UHGV virus genome: UHGV-0171424
Reading direction: 5' to 3' (one strand)
DNA: 48,868 nt
From: a virus
This document shows, piece after piece, positions 7,801-14,983 of the stretch (within the stretch, counting starts at the first letter, position 1; each line of letters begins with the position of its first letter). The translations under genes and the position numbers were made by a program. Below the pieces are notes generated by a model, which was not told where the DNA came from, did no database searches, and worked only from the letters and a program-made list of their open reading frames with translations.

Positions 7801-9477
7801 CTATAACCCATCTTTGACGAGTCCGTCAACATCGTTTTGTATTTTTTCCATCAGTGCTATCGCATCGTCTTTTTTCAGACTTTGGGCACTCAACCAGTCG
7901 GTACGATAAGTCAGGAAAAATTTACGGAAAATTTCTTTGTCACTCATACCGTCGTGTCGCCAATAACCAGCAATAGTTGCCATCAGGCTATCCAGTTGCC
8001 CCAACACTTCCAGGCGCTCACGTTGACGTTTGACATTGGCCATCACTCCAGCGGGTGGTACATGCATCGCCGTCATCCTGTCACGCATTGCCTCGGGTGT
8101 CTCACGTGCTCCCACAACATCATTACGCATCTGTGCCAGTACATCCGGGTCAAGCTCGCACAGGTCACCGTCAACGAACTCTGGACCACTACGTTGCGCA
8201 GGTTTTGGTACAGGCTCACCACAGTCAGGACATGCATCGCGGAACCGTTCGTACACCGCCGCGCAAGTTGTACACACGCGCACCGTCGATGGTTCACTTT
8301 TACCTGTGCGACGCTCCCGGCGGTCAAGACTCCACTCACGCGGTGCGTCCGGTAAACCGTGGCGCATGACGTTCGATACGGCGTCGATGACCGTGAGATG
8401 TGTCTTCCCCGTGTCGGGACTGGTCCGCGTGCCTCGCCCAAACATCTGGCAAAAAAGCGCGTAGCTTTGCGTGGGTCGCGCAAATGATACGACTTCCAGG
8501 GAACTAACGTCCGTCCCTTCTGTGAGAACACTATCATTTACAATCTGTAAAACTTTTCCGCTGGCGATATCACGCAGTGCCTGAATGCGTTCACTGTCTT
8601 TCATCCGCCCCGATACAGCTACAGCAGGCACACCTTTTGCGCGATAGGCATCGGCAACTTCTTCCGCCATATCCACACCGACGGTGAAAGTTACACCCCG
8701 TTTACCGGGTGTAAATTTTAACCAGTGTTGAACTATGTCCCCCACAATGTGGGATTTACCTATTTCCACCTTGAGTTCTTTTTCGACATAATCGCCAGTC
8801 GTGGTGCTGACTTTAACTCTACCAAGATGTAAATCGGAAGGTGGACAATAAATTTTGTAATCCACCAGAAAACCCATCTCGATAAGGTCACGCATTCCCG
8901 GCCCGATAACGAGTGCGTCACCATATCCGTCTGTTTCACGCGACAACCCTTTTCCATCAGCCCGACATGGTGTAGCTGTCAACCCTAAACCGCGTGCACC
9001 CGCGTTATCAAGCGGTGTAAAAACACCACCCCACGTTTTTGAGTCGCGCGTATAATGGTGAAATTCGTCACCTATGATTGTTAATTTATCGCGGTACGCC
9101 TTCAGTTCGTCAATGTGTTGTTGTTTAACGGACTGAACTGAAGCGACGGTTATTTTTGCCGATGGATCATAATAAGTTCGTCCGTGGTCCTCCATGTGGA
9201 GCCTGATTGAATACTTTATTGTTGAGTGTGCTGCGATTATGTTGTGACGGAGTTCGTTTCTCGCCAGCGTGTTACTCAACTGTGATATTAGCTCTGAACG
9301 ATGTGCGGTAATCAGAACACGCTGCCCACGTGCCGCTTCTATTCGGGCTATTTCGCAAAGCACGCTGGCTTTACCACTGCCGGTCGGCATGACTAACACC
9401 ACAAAACGCTTACCAACAGCCCAATTTGCGTATACGTTATCAATCGCATTTTGTTGATAAGGTCGCATTATTAACAT
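7801..9477 (-). CDS. SF2 DEAD/DEAH-box DNA helicase with C-terminal Zn-ribbon
   Basis: Walker A PTGSGKA, motif II DEFHH, motif III LTATP, motif VI QMFGRGTR; C-terminal CTTC...CPDC. Confidence 0.8.
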   Translation of the reverse strand: MLIMRPYQQNAIDNVYANWAVGKRFVVLVMPTGSGKASVLCEIARIEAARGQRVLITAHRSELISQLSNTLARNELRHNIIAAHSTIKYSIRLHMEDHGRTYYDPSAKITVASVQSVKQQHIDELKAYRDKLTIIGDEFHHYTRDSKTWGGVFTPLDNAGARGLGLTATPCRADGKGLSRETDGYGDALVIGPGMRDLIEMGFLVDYKIYCPPSDLHLGRVKVSTTTGDYVEKELKVEIGKSHIVGDIVQHWLKFTPGKRGVTFTVGVDMAEEVADAYRAKGVPAVAVSGRMKDSERIQALRDIASGKVLQIVNDSVLTEGTDVSSLEVVSFARPTQSYALFCQMFGRGTRTSPDTGKTHLTVIDAVSNVMRHGLPDAPREWSLDRRERRTGKSEPSTVRVCTTCAAVYERFRDACPDCGEPVPKPAQRSGPEFVDGDLCELDPDVLAQMRNDVVGARETPEAMRDRMTAMHVPPAGVMANVKRQRERLEVLGQLDSLMATIAGYWRHDGMSDKEIFRKFFLTYRTDWLSAQSLKKDDAIALMEKIQNDVDGLVKDGL

Positions 9478-10136
9478 TTTGTCGGCCCCTTATACGTCTG
9501 ATTCTTACCCTTAAACGATGGTTCCGAAATTGCGCGTTCTACCGACCACCCGTAGCGGGTTAACCTGCCCTTCAAAGTGTAATAATTAACGCCTGATACC
9601 TCTGATAGTTCACGAATGTCATACATTTTTCCGTTGTACTCGTATTTCAGAGTATTGGTTCTGTTTAATGGTTGTTTTTCGTTTTCAATCCAAGTACAAT
9701 TTTCGGGACAATAGTCACCATCTACATCTTTTCTTTCCATTGTCACTTTTTCTTTGTACCCTGAAGATATTGCCCATGCGTGAAATGACTCAAAGTTGTG
9801 CCAGTCTTCACAAACCGTAATGCCGCGACCACCATAATGGGGAAAGTCCTTACACTCCGGGTTGTAACAGCGTTGCTTCATTGCTGTCCATACCCAGTTT
9901 AATTTTTGAAAACGTTTGGACAGACCGTGCGTTTTCAATGCTGGTGAACAACCACAATGTGATTTTTTTCCAGATTTTTTAGCAATTAACATTGTACTGA
10001 CGAGTCGTTCGGTTGTGCCTCCACATTCACACTTAAATGACCAAATCCAACCACCCCTTTCATTTGTGCGAACTGGTTTTATTGCTGTTAACATCCCAAA
10101 TTTTTCACCAGTAATATCTTTTCTATGGTTAGCCAT
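9471..10136 (-). CDS. HNH-family homing-endonuclease-like protein
   Basis: motifs W..MKQRCYNP....YGGRGI.VCEDW..F..F..WA and a C-terminal DVDGDYCPENCTW...EKQ..N resembling degenerate phage HNH endonucleases; good RBS. Confidence 0.45.
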   Translation of the reverse strand: MANHRKDITGEKFGMLTAIKPVRTNERGGWIWSFKCECGGTTERLVSTMLIAKKSGKKSHCGCSPALKTHGLSKRFQKLNWVWTAMKQRCYNPECKDFPHYGGRGITVCEDWHNFESFHAWAISSGYKEKVTMERKDVDGDYCPENCTWIENEKQPLNRTNTLKYEYNGKMYDIRELSEVSGVNYYTLKGRLTRYGWSVERAISEPSFKGKNQTYKGPTKC

Positions 10137-10188
10137 GTTTCACCTCTTCCAATGTCAAAACGTTGCCCCATTATGAGAGGTGATTCAC

Positions 10189-10359
10189 CACATGTCAACT
10201 ACATCTCCCACACTTTGCGCACGCTGTTCGACTCAACCATACGTGCCTTTCTGATTAGTTTACGTGCCACATACATCGGTATCTGCACATCGTCGAGGAA
10301 CCATTTGTCCTTCTTACTGACCGAATTGTACCAGCCGTAAGAAGGTCGGAGCAGTTGTT
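10189..10359 (-). CDS. small hypothetical protein (56 aa)
   Basis: ORF found by hand with RBS GGAG 9 nt upstream of the ATG at 10359. Confidence 0.3.
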
Positions 10360-10365
10360 TAATTT

Positions 10366-10593
10366 TCATAACAGTGGCTCCGCGTCGGGGTTGCGTTTCC
10401 AGTACGCCGCATAAATTTCCTGTTCAGTGTAATAGACACCCTTATGTGTTGTACCCGCACAGATTTCATCAAAGAAACCGTAACCCATCACTGTAATGAA
10501 CTCCCATTCTGGCATTTCCGAAAGAATTTTTACTTTGTTTTCAAAGTTCTGCTTTTCCACCATATCGGTAATCAATTGTCCCAACAGCGTCAT
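10366..10593 (-). CDS. hypothetical protein, first gene of the leftward early operon
   Basis: 75-aa ORF directly downstream of the leftward promoter. Confidence 0.45.
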   Translation of the reverse strand: MTLLGQLITDMVEKQNFENKVKILSEMPEWEFITVMGYGFFDEICAGTTHKGVYYTEQEIYAAYWKRNPDAEPLL

Positions 10594-10613
10594 CTCTCAT
10601 TACCTCTCTGTTA

Positions 10614-10656
10614 TTGACGATGGCGTCATTATGTCGCATCACCCACCCCGTGTCAA
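10614..10656 (-). promoter_or_regulatory. leftward early promoter (TTGACA -17- CATAAT) with the TTGACGatggCGTCA palindrome at its start site (operator-like position)
   Basis: minus-strand TTGACA at 10656-10651 and CATAAT at 10633-10628; palindrome at 10614-10628 lies immediately downstream of the -10. Confidence 0.55.
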
Positions 10657-10670
10657 ATTTAAAATTAGTG

Positions 10671-10699
10671 TTGACGAGTGCGTCATGGTGGTATAGAGT
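10671..10699 (+). promoter_or_regulatory. palindromic promoter (TTGACG-agtg-CGTCA, N8, TAGAGT)
   Basis: TTGACG at 10671-10676, CGTCA at 10681-10685, TAGAGT at 10694-10699; 17-nt spacer; drives the plus-strand replication gene block. Confidence 0.6.
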
Positions 10700-10731
10700 T
10701 CACCACATCGACAACAATGGAGGACAGAGAG

Positions 10732-11235
10732 ATGAGTAAATTAAGTGACTGGATTGAACAACATCGGGAACAACCCGAGCATGAGTTAGCGGTTCGTAAC
10801 TATTCAATGAATACTGAGTTGATGGAGCGCGAATTTGCAGAAGCGGAAAAATCCGGTGAAATTGTAATTTGTCAACATTGTGGGTATCCGGAAAACCCGA
10901 GTAGAAGCCTCGAAGGTAAATCGTTTATCAAACATCAGTGTTGCTTTCACTGCTGGTACTGGCTTCACAATCTGAATCTCATTAATGGTCCACGCTCAAA
11001 TGCCGTTATTGTTAATGGTGTACACCGTACAGATTCCGGTATGGCTAACAAAGATTCCGGTAAATTTTTGGGTCATGGCGGCGCAATGTGGTACTACCGT
11101 CATATTGGTGAAACTACTGTTCACGCCACAAATAACATGTGGCATCAGGGAGATATCCCCAAATCTCTTAACATTCCGGACAATGCTATTTTTTGTACCC
11201 GTGAAGAATACGAACAACAACAGGAGAGTAAATAA
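10732..11235 (+). CDS. hypothetical Cys/His-rich protein
   Basis: RBS GGAGGACAGAGAG upstream of the ATG at 10732; the track ORF start at 10678 is an over-extension through the promoter. Confidence 0.55.
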   Translation: MSKLSDWIEQHREQPEHELAVRNYSMNTELMEREFAEAEKSGEIVICQHCGYPENPSRSLEGKSFIKHQCCFHCWYWLHNLNLINGPRSNAVIVNGVHRTDSGMANKDSGKFLGHGGAMWYYRHIGETTVHATNNMWHQGDIPKSLNIPDNAIFCTREEYEQQQESK

Positions 11236-12135
11236 ATGATTAGGTTAACCATTCCAAATGATGACAGCGTGGCATTATACCACTTTGGTAAGTCGTTAAT
11301 CAGTATGGCTGCAGCTATCGACGGTGCACCGGACTGGGTAGTTATTACGGCTCAGGAATACGACCGATTGAAACAACTGGAAGAATTATCACAGGCTCAG
11401 CACATTGAACTAAATATCGACTCATCTGATATTGAGCAACTGCGCGAAGCTCTGAAAAAGGTCAAACCGGCTGGATTGATTCAGACAGATGTGATTGTCG
11501 ATACCACCGCGCAACAGGTTGAGTCGCTGGCTACAAATGTTGTTGACCGTGAGGTGCATTTTGACAATCCAGAACCCACCACCGACTCAACCGGTACACC
11601 GTGGGACGAGCGTATTCACTCCGCCAGTAAGGCGCTCAATGCGGACGGTACGTGGCGTCTGCGCCGTAAGCTGAAAGACATGGATGAGGTAGAGTGGGCA
11701 GCATTTGTTGAGTCGGTGAAGGGTGAGTTACATACTCAAACACCAGTAGTGACCAATGAAGAAGTTAAAACCCCGAACTCCGTGGAAATTGGTGAACCGA
11801 CACGGGAAGAAGTTGATAACGTCGAACCACCCGTAACACCGCCGGGCGATGACTTCCACACTGACGCAGGCGTGGTAACCGAGCAAACCGTTGTGGGTAT
11901 TCCGCCAATCCCTGTACCGCCGCCGGTAGTTGTTGTACCACCTGTACCGGAAGTAGCTGAGTGGGACTTCCCGCGCCTAATGACCTTCCTGACCGAGCGT
12001 CACGGTAAGATTGATGTGGCAACCGTGAACGCGCTGCTGGCGCAGGATGGCATGTCGTCGGTACAGGAACTGAACGTCCACTCGGATAAAATTGGTCCGT
12101 TCGTGACACGTGTTAAAGCGTATTTAGGGGAGTAA
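11236..12135 (+). CDS. hypothetical replication-module protein with a Pro-rich linker; shares the GTPWDERIH motif with the DNA polymerase
   Basis: 299 aa; linker VGIPPIPVPPPVVVVPPVP; the 23-nt block GGTACACCGTGGGACGAGCGTAT is also present in the pol gene. Confidence 0.5.
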   Translation: MIRLTIPNDDSVALYHFGKSLISMAAAIDGAPDWVVITAQEYDRLKQLEELSQAQHIELNIDSSDIEQLREALKKVKPAGLIQTDVIVDTTAQQVESLATNVVDREVHFDNPEPTTDSTGTPWDERIHSASKALNADGTWRLRRKLKDMDEVEWAAFVESVKGELHTQTPVVTNEEVKTPNSVEIGEPTREEVDNVEPPVTPPGDDFHTDAGVVTEQTVVGIPPIPVPPPVVVVPPVPEVAEWDFPRLMTFLTERHGKIDVATVNALLAQDGMSSVQELNVHSDKIGPFVTRVKAYLGE

Positions 12136-12140
12136 TCACA

Positions 12141-13265
12141 ATGAGTAACTTACCCAAAGTATCTGACGCCGGACAATGGATGGTCTGTAACGGGTCATTC
12201 CGAGCACAACAGGCTCACCCGCCGCTGAATGTCGAACCGTCGCAGTCACGTCTTGAGGGACGTGCCGCACACGAAGTGGCTCAGAAGTTATTCAAAAATG
12301 AGCCATTCAGTGGTCTGGTGGGTAGTTTGTCAAAGGATGGAATTATCATCACAGACGAACTGTTTGATGCCGCTCGTGAGTATTTTAACGAGGTGTGGGG
12401 TTATTGTAACACTCACGGGCGAGTGCACGACCTTCACGTTGAAGAAGTGTGTCCTGTTCCGGGTTACGGTGACTGGTACTGCATCCCTGATGCATGGGTG
12501 TACGTACCGGAAGTGAAGGTGTTACGTGTCTGGGACGCGAAATTCGGTCACCGTATTGTTGACCCGTTTGAAAACTGGCAGTTGTTGATTGAAGCGTTCA
12601 GTATTTGCGAACAATTCCAGTCGCCGCCGGGCATTATTGAACTGGTCATCGTACAGCCACGCGGATTCAGCAGTGAAGGTACAGTACGTAAATGGGTGCT
12701 CACATACGACGAACTGTATGCATACCGGCAGCAGGTGAACGAGACGATGCCCCGCGTGCTGGATGCCACGCCGATGTGCACGTCCGGACCACACTGTCTC
12801 GACTGTAGCGCACGTGCACACTGTGACACGCTGAAGCAACAGAGTTATGCAGGTGTGGACTACGTACAGTCGTTGCAGACGCATAATTTGTCCGGTCATG
12901 CACTGGGCGTTGAGTTGCGACTCCTGCAGCGTGCACAGGAGATGATTAAAATGCGTCTCAGTGGTCTGGAGGAACAGGCACTGCATGAGATTAAGCAGGG
13001 GCAACACGTGACATTCTACAGCGCTAAAACCACATACGGTCGTAAGCGCTGGAAGAAAGATGTACCGGTGGACCAGGTGATTATGATGGGGGATTTACTC
13101 GGTCAAAATCTTCGTAAGCCACAGGAACTGGACACACCCGCACAGTGTGCGAAAAAAGGTATCGACCCGTCCGTTATTGAGCAGTACGCTGAAACACCTG
13201 TCACGGGTGTCAAGCTGGAACAGGTTGATGAGCGCAGTATCCGTAGCGTATTTGAGAGGAAGTGA
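12141..13265 (+). CDS. PD-(D/E)xK nuclease, DUF2800/Cas4-like with a C-terminal Cys cluster
   Basis: 374 aa; CTSGPHCLDCSARAHC cluster; conserved position upstream of the DUF2815 gene and the polymerase gene. Confidence 0.65.
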   Translation: MSNLPKVSDAGQWMVCNGSFRAQQAHPPLNVEPSQSRLEGRAAHEVAQKLFKNEPFSGLVGSLSKDGIIITDELFDAAREYFNEVWGYCNTHGRVHDLHVEEVCPVPGYGDWYCIPDAWVYVPEVKVLRVWDAKFGHRIVDPFENWQLLIEAFSICEQFQSPPGIIELVIVQPRGFSSEGTVRKWVLTYDELYAYRQQVNETMPRVLDATPMCTSGPHCLDCSARAHCDTLKQQSYAGVDYVQSLQTHNLSGHALGVELRLLQRAQEMIKMRLSGLEEQALHEIKQGQHVTFYSAKTTYGRKRWKKDVPVDQVIMMGDLLGQNLRKPQELDTPAQCAKKGIDPSVIEQYAETPVTGVKLEQVDERSIRSVFERK

Positions 13266-13525
13266 TTATGTTTGGATTTGGTAAAAAGCAGCAATCCGTA
13301 ACAGTGCGTGTCCCCCGTGATGACCTGTCACTGGAACAAATTATCCTTCATCTTTCTAATCAGAAGGACCATGACAAGTGGCCCGACAGTGACGACATTC
13401 AGTCACTTTTAATTCATTTAGGGTCATCATTTAACATTATTAATCGGAGTGATAATAAACCCGGAACCAACATTCATCGCGCGCTGTTTCTGTGCATAGC
13501 GCTTTTACTGCGTAAGATGAAATAA
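13262..13525 (+). CDS. hypothetical protein
   Basis: 87-aa ORF, ATGA overlap with the upstream gene. Confidence 0.4.
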   Translation: MIMFGFGKKQQSVTVRVPRDDLSLEQIILHLSNQKDHDKWPDSDDIQSLLIHLGSSFNIINRSDNKPGTNIHRALFLCIALLLRKMK

Positions 13526-13529
13526 CTGC

Positions 13530-13558
13530 TTGACGCACCCGTCAAACTAACGTAGTAT
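13530..13558 (+). promoter_or_regulatory. palindromic promoter (TTGACG-cacc-CGTCAA, N7, TAGTAT)
   Basis: TTGACG at 13530-13535, CGTCAA at 13540-13545, TAGTAT at 13553-13558. Confidence 0.5.
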
Positions 13559-13568
13559 TCAAATCGCC

Positions 13569-13587
13569 GGGAGACAGAGGGTCTCCC
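13569..13587 (+). other. stem-loop in the 5' leader of the SSB-like gene
   Basis: GGGAGAC-agagg-GTCTCCC perfect 7-bp stem, 26 nt upstream of the ATG at 13613. Confidence 0.4.
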
Positions 13588-13612
13588 ACACTTAGCAGAG
13601 AGGATTTAAAAG

Positions 13613-14425
13613 ATGGCTCAATTTACTTTCGTTACCCCTGTTGCTCGCCTGATTCACGGTCACCCGCTGAAGCAAAACGTACGCACCGATGATGTCACAA
13701 AGCAGCCGGTTATCGGTAAAGATGGTCAGCCGGTTAAAGAAATTTACATCGGTATCGCAATTCCTAAAACTGGTGAAGTGGACTGGAAAGATACCGAATG
13801 GGGTAAACAAATCGTAATGGCGGCACTGGACGCTGAAAACGGTTATGATGTTGGTACCACTCGTCGCCCGGATTTTTCCTGGAAAGTAATCGATGGCGAT
13901 AGCGACATCCCGAACAAAGCTGGTCACGCGCCGAACAGCGACGAATACAAACGCGGTCACTGGGTCTTGCACCTGAACACCCGCATCCCGTACAACTGCT
14001 ATCATGTCGGCAAATATAATCCGCTCGATGCGATTCAGGACATAAACGCTATTAAACTCGGTGATTATGTCCGTGTGAATATCGTGGCGAAAGGTAATAA
14101 GCCGTCTAAAACTCCGGGCGTATATTTGAACCCGAACCTGCTCGAACTTTCACGCTCTGGCGAAGCGATTGTTCGTGAAGGTAGCGGTCCGGATGCAGCA
14201 AGCGTATTCGGCGGTAGTGCACCTGCTCAGGTAGCACCGACCCCAGCCCCAGCTGCTCCCGCACCTGCAACACCGCCGCCAGCAACTGACTTACTGGTGA
14301 CACCGCCGCCGGTTGTTGAAGAGAAGTATAGCTACAACGGCGCCGTGTATACCAAAGCACAGTTGCTCGGTATGCCCGGCTGGAGCGAAGAGTTAATCGC
14401 ACAACACTGTCAGAAAGTAGCATAA
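13613..14425 (+). CDS. DUF2815-family phage SSB-like protein
   Basis: 270 aa; typical position between the DUF2800 nuclease and the DNA polymerase; C-terminal Pro/Ala-rich linker. Confidence 0.6.
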   Translation: MAQFTFVTPVARLIHGHPLKQNVRTDDVTKQPVIGKDGQPVKEIYIGIAIPKTGEVDWKDTEWGKQIVMAALDAENGYDVGTTRRPDFSWKVIDGDSDIPNKAGHAPNSDEYKRGHWVLHLNTRIPYNCYHVGKYNPLDAIQDINAIKLGDYVRVNIVAKGNKPSKTPGVYLNPNLLELSRSGEAIVREGSGPDAASVFGGSAPAQVAPTPAPAAPAPATPPPATDLLVTPPPVVEEKYSYNGAVYTKAQLLGMPGWSEELIAQHCQKVA

Positions 14426-14432
14426 ACACAAC

Positions 14433-14459
14433 GCCCCGGTGTGAGCCGGGGTTTATTTG
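14433..14459 (+). terminator. rho-independent terminator
   Basis: CCCCGGTGTGAGCCGGGG hairpin followed by TTTATTT. Confidence 0.65.
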
Positions 14460-14475
14460 ACTGGAGAGGTGTATC

Positions 14476-14607
14476 ATGACCGAACTCGACCCACGACTGA
14501 AAAAGATTGATGAAAAGTTAGCCGAACTGGAACGCGCTATTAAACAGGTGCAGGAGCAACGCCGGGAATACATCAACCAGAGAGGGCTTAACAAATGTTC
14601 AAAGTAG
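14476..14607 (+). CDS. small coiled-coil protein (43 aa)
   Basis: RBS GGAGAGG upstream of the ATG at 14476; found by hand. Confidence 0.35.
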   Translation: MTELDPRLKKIDEKLAELERAIKQVQEQRREYINQRGLNKCSK

Positions 14608-14756
14608 GCGACCTGGTAGTTCTTAAAAGCGGCGGACCGGTGATGGTGGTTATCAGCACATCACTCATTGGCGCAGAATGTCAGTTCTACAACGAGAAAC
14701 GCGGTGAATATGACTCAATTGTCATCATACACGAAGCACTGGAGGAGTTTAAGTAA
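14595..14756 (+). CDS. small protein (53 aa), DUF2158/YodC-like
   Basis: MFKVGDLVVLKSGGPVMVV... resembles small YodC-like proteins; overlapping operonic arrangement. Confidence 0.35.
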   Translation: MFKVGDLVVLKSGGPVMVVISTSLIGAECQFYNEKRGEYDSIVIIHEALEEFK

Positions 14757-14944
14757 TGGCGATTAAAGTAACCAATGAGTTAAACGCCTATGATGAACCA
14801 TCGAAAACATCAGTCAGAATCCATTCTCACTGGAATGAGCCAAAGAAAATAGTGGTTGAGTTTGTCGGTGGTGAAAAACGAACACTCATCGCCAGTGAAT
14901 TGTTAGCGGCAATCAAAAACGCTACGAATACCGACCGTTTCTAA
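14756..14944 (+). CDS. hypothetical protein
   Basis: 62-aa ORF, TAATG overlap. Confidence 0.4.
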   Translation: MAIKVTNELNAYDEPSKTSVRIHSHWNEPKKIVVEFVGGEKRTLIASELLAAIKNATNTDRF

Positions 14945-14967
14945 GCCCCTTAACTGGGGCTTTTCTT
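14944..14967 (+). terminator. rho-independent terminator (partial, upstream of the polymerase gene)
   Basis: AGCCCC-TTAACT-GGGGCT hairpin followed by TTTTCTT. Confidence 0.6.
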
Positions 14968-14983
14968 ACAGAGAGGAACAGAG

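Noticed and set aside
7837-8537. Several 100-170-aa ORFs on both strands inside the helicase gene (7837-8355, 8030-8464, 8055-8369, 8073-8537)
   Set aside because: They lie entirely within the strongly supported helicase CDS, have no RBS, and have atypical Arg/Ser/His-rich composition. They are overlapping-frame artefacts of a GC-rich region.
10614-10685. Palindromes as FNR or CRP sites
   Set aside because: The FNR box is TTGAT-N4-ATCAA (14 bp) and CRP is TGTGA-N6-TCACA. The observed 16-bp TTGACG-N4-CGTCAA has different half-sites and spacing.
10678-10731. N-terminal extensions of track ORFs (10678, 30698, 18411, 41455, 38793, 25710, 1902-2264)
   Set aside because: Each extension runs through a promoter or lacks an RBS, while an internal start has a strong RBS. 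Starts were moved accordingly.
11765-12109. 114-aa minus ORF rich in Arg/Pro inside gene 11236-12135
   Set aside because: It is the antisense of the Pro-rich linker region. It is a composition-driven artefact.
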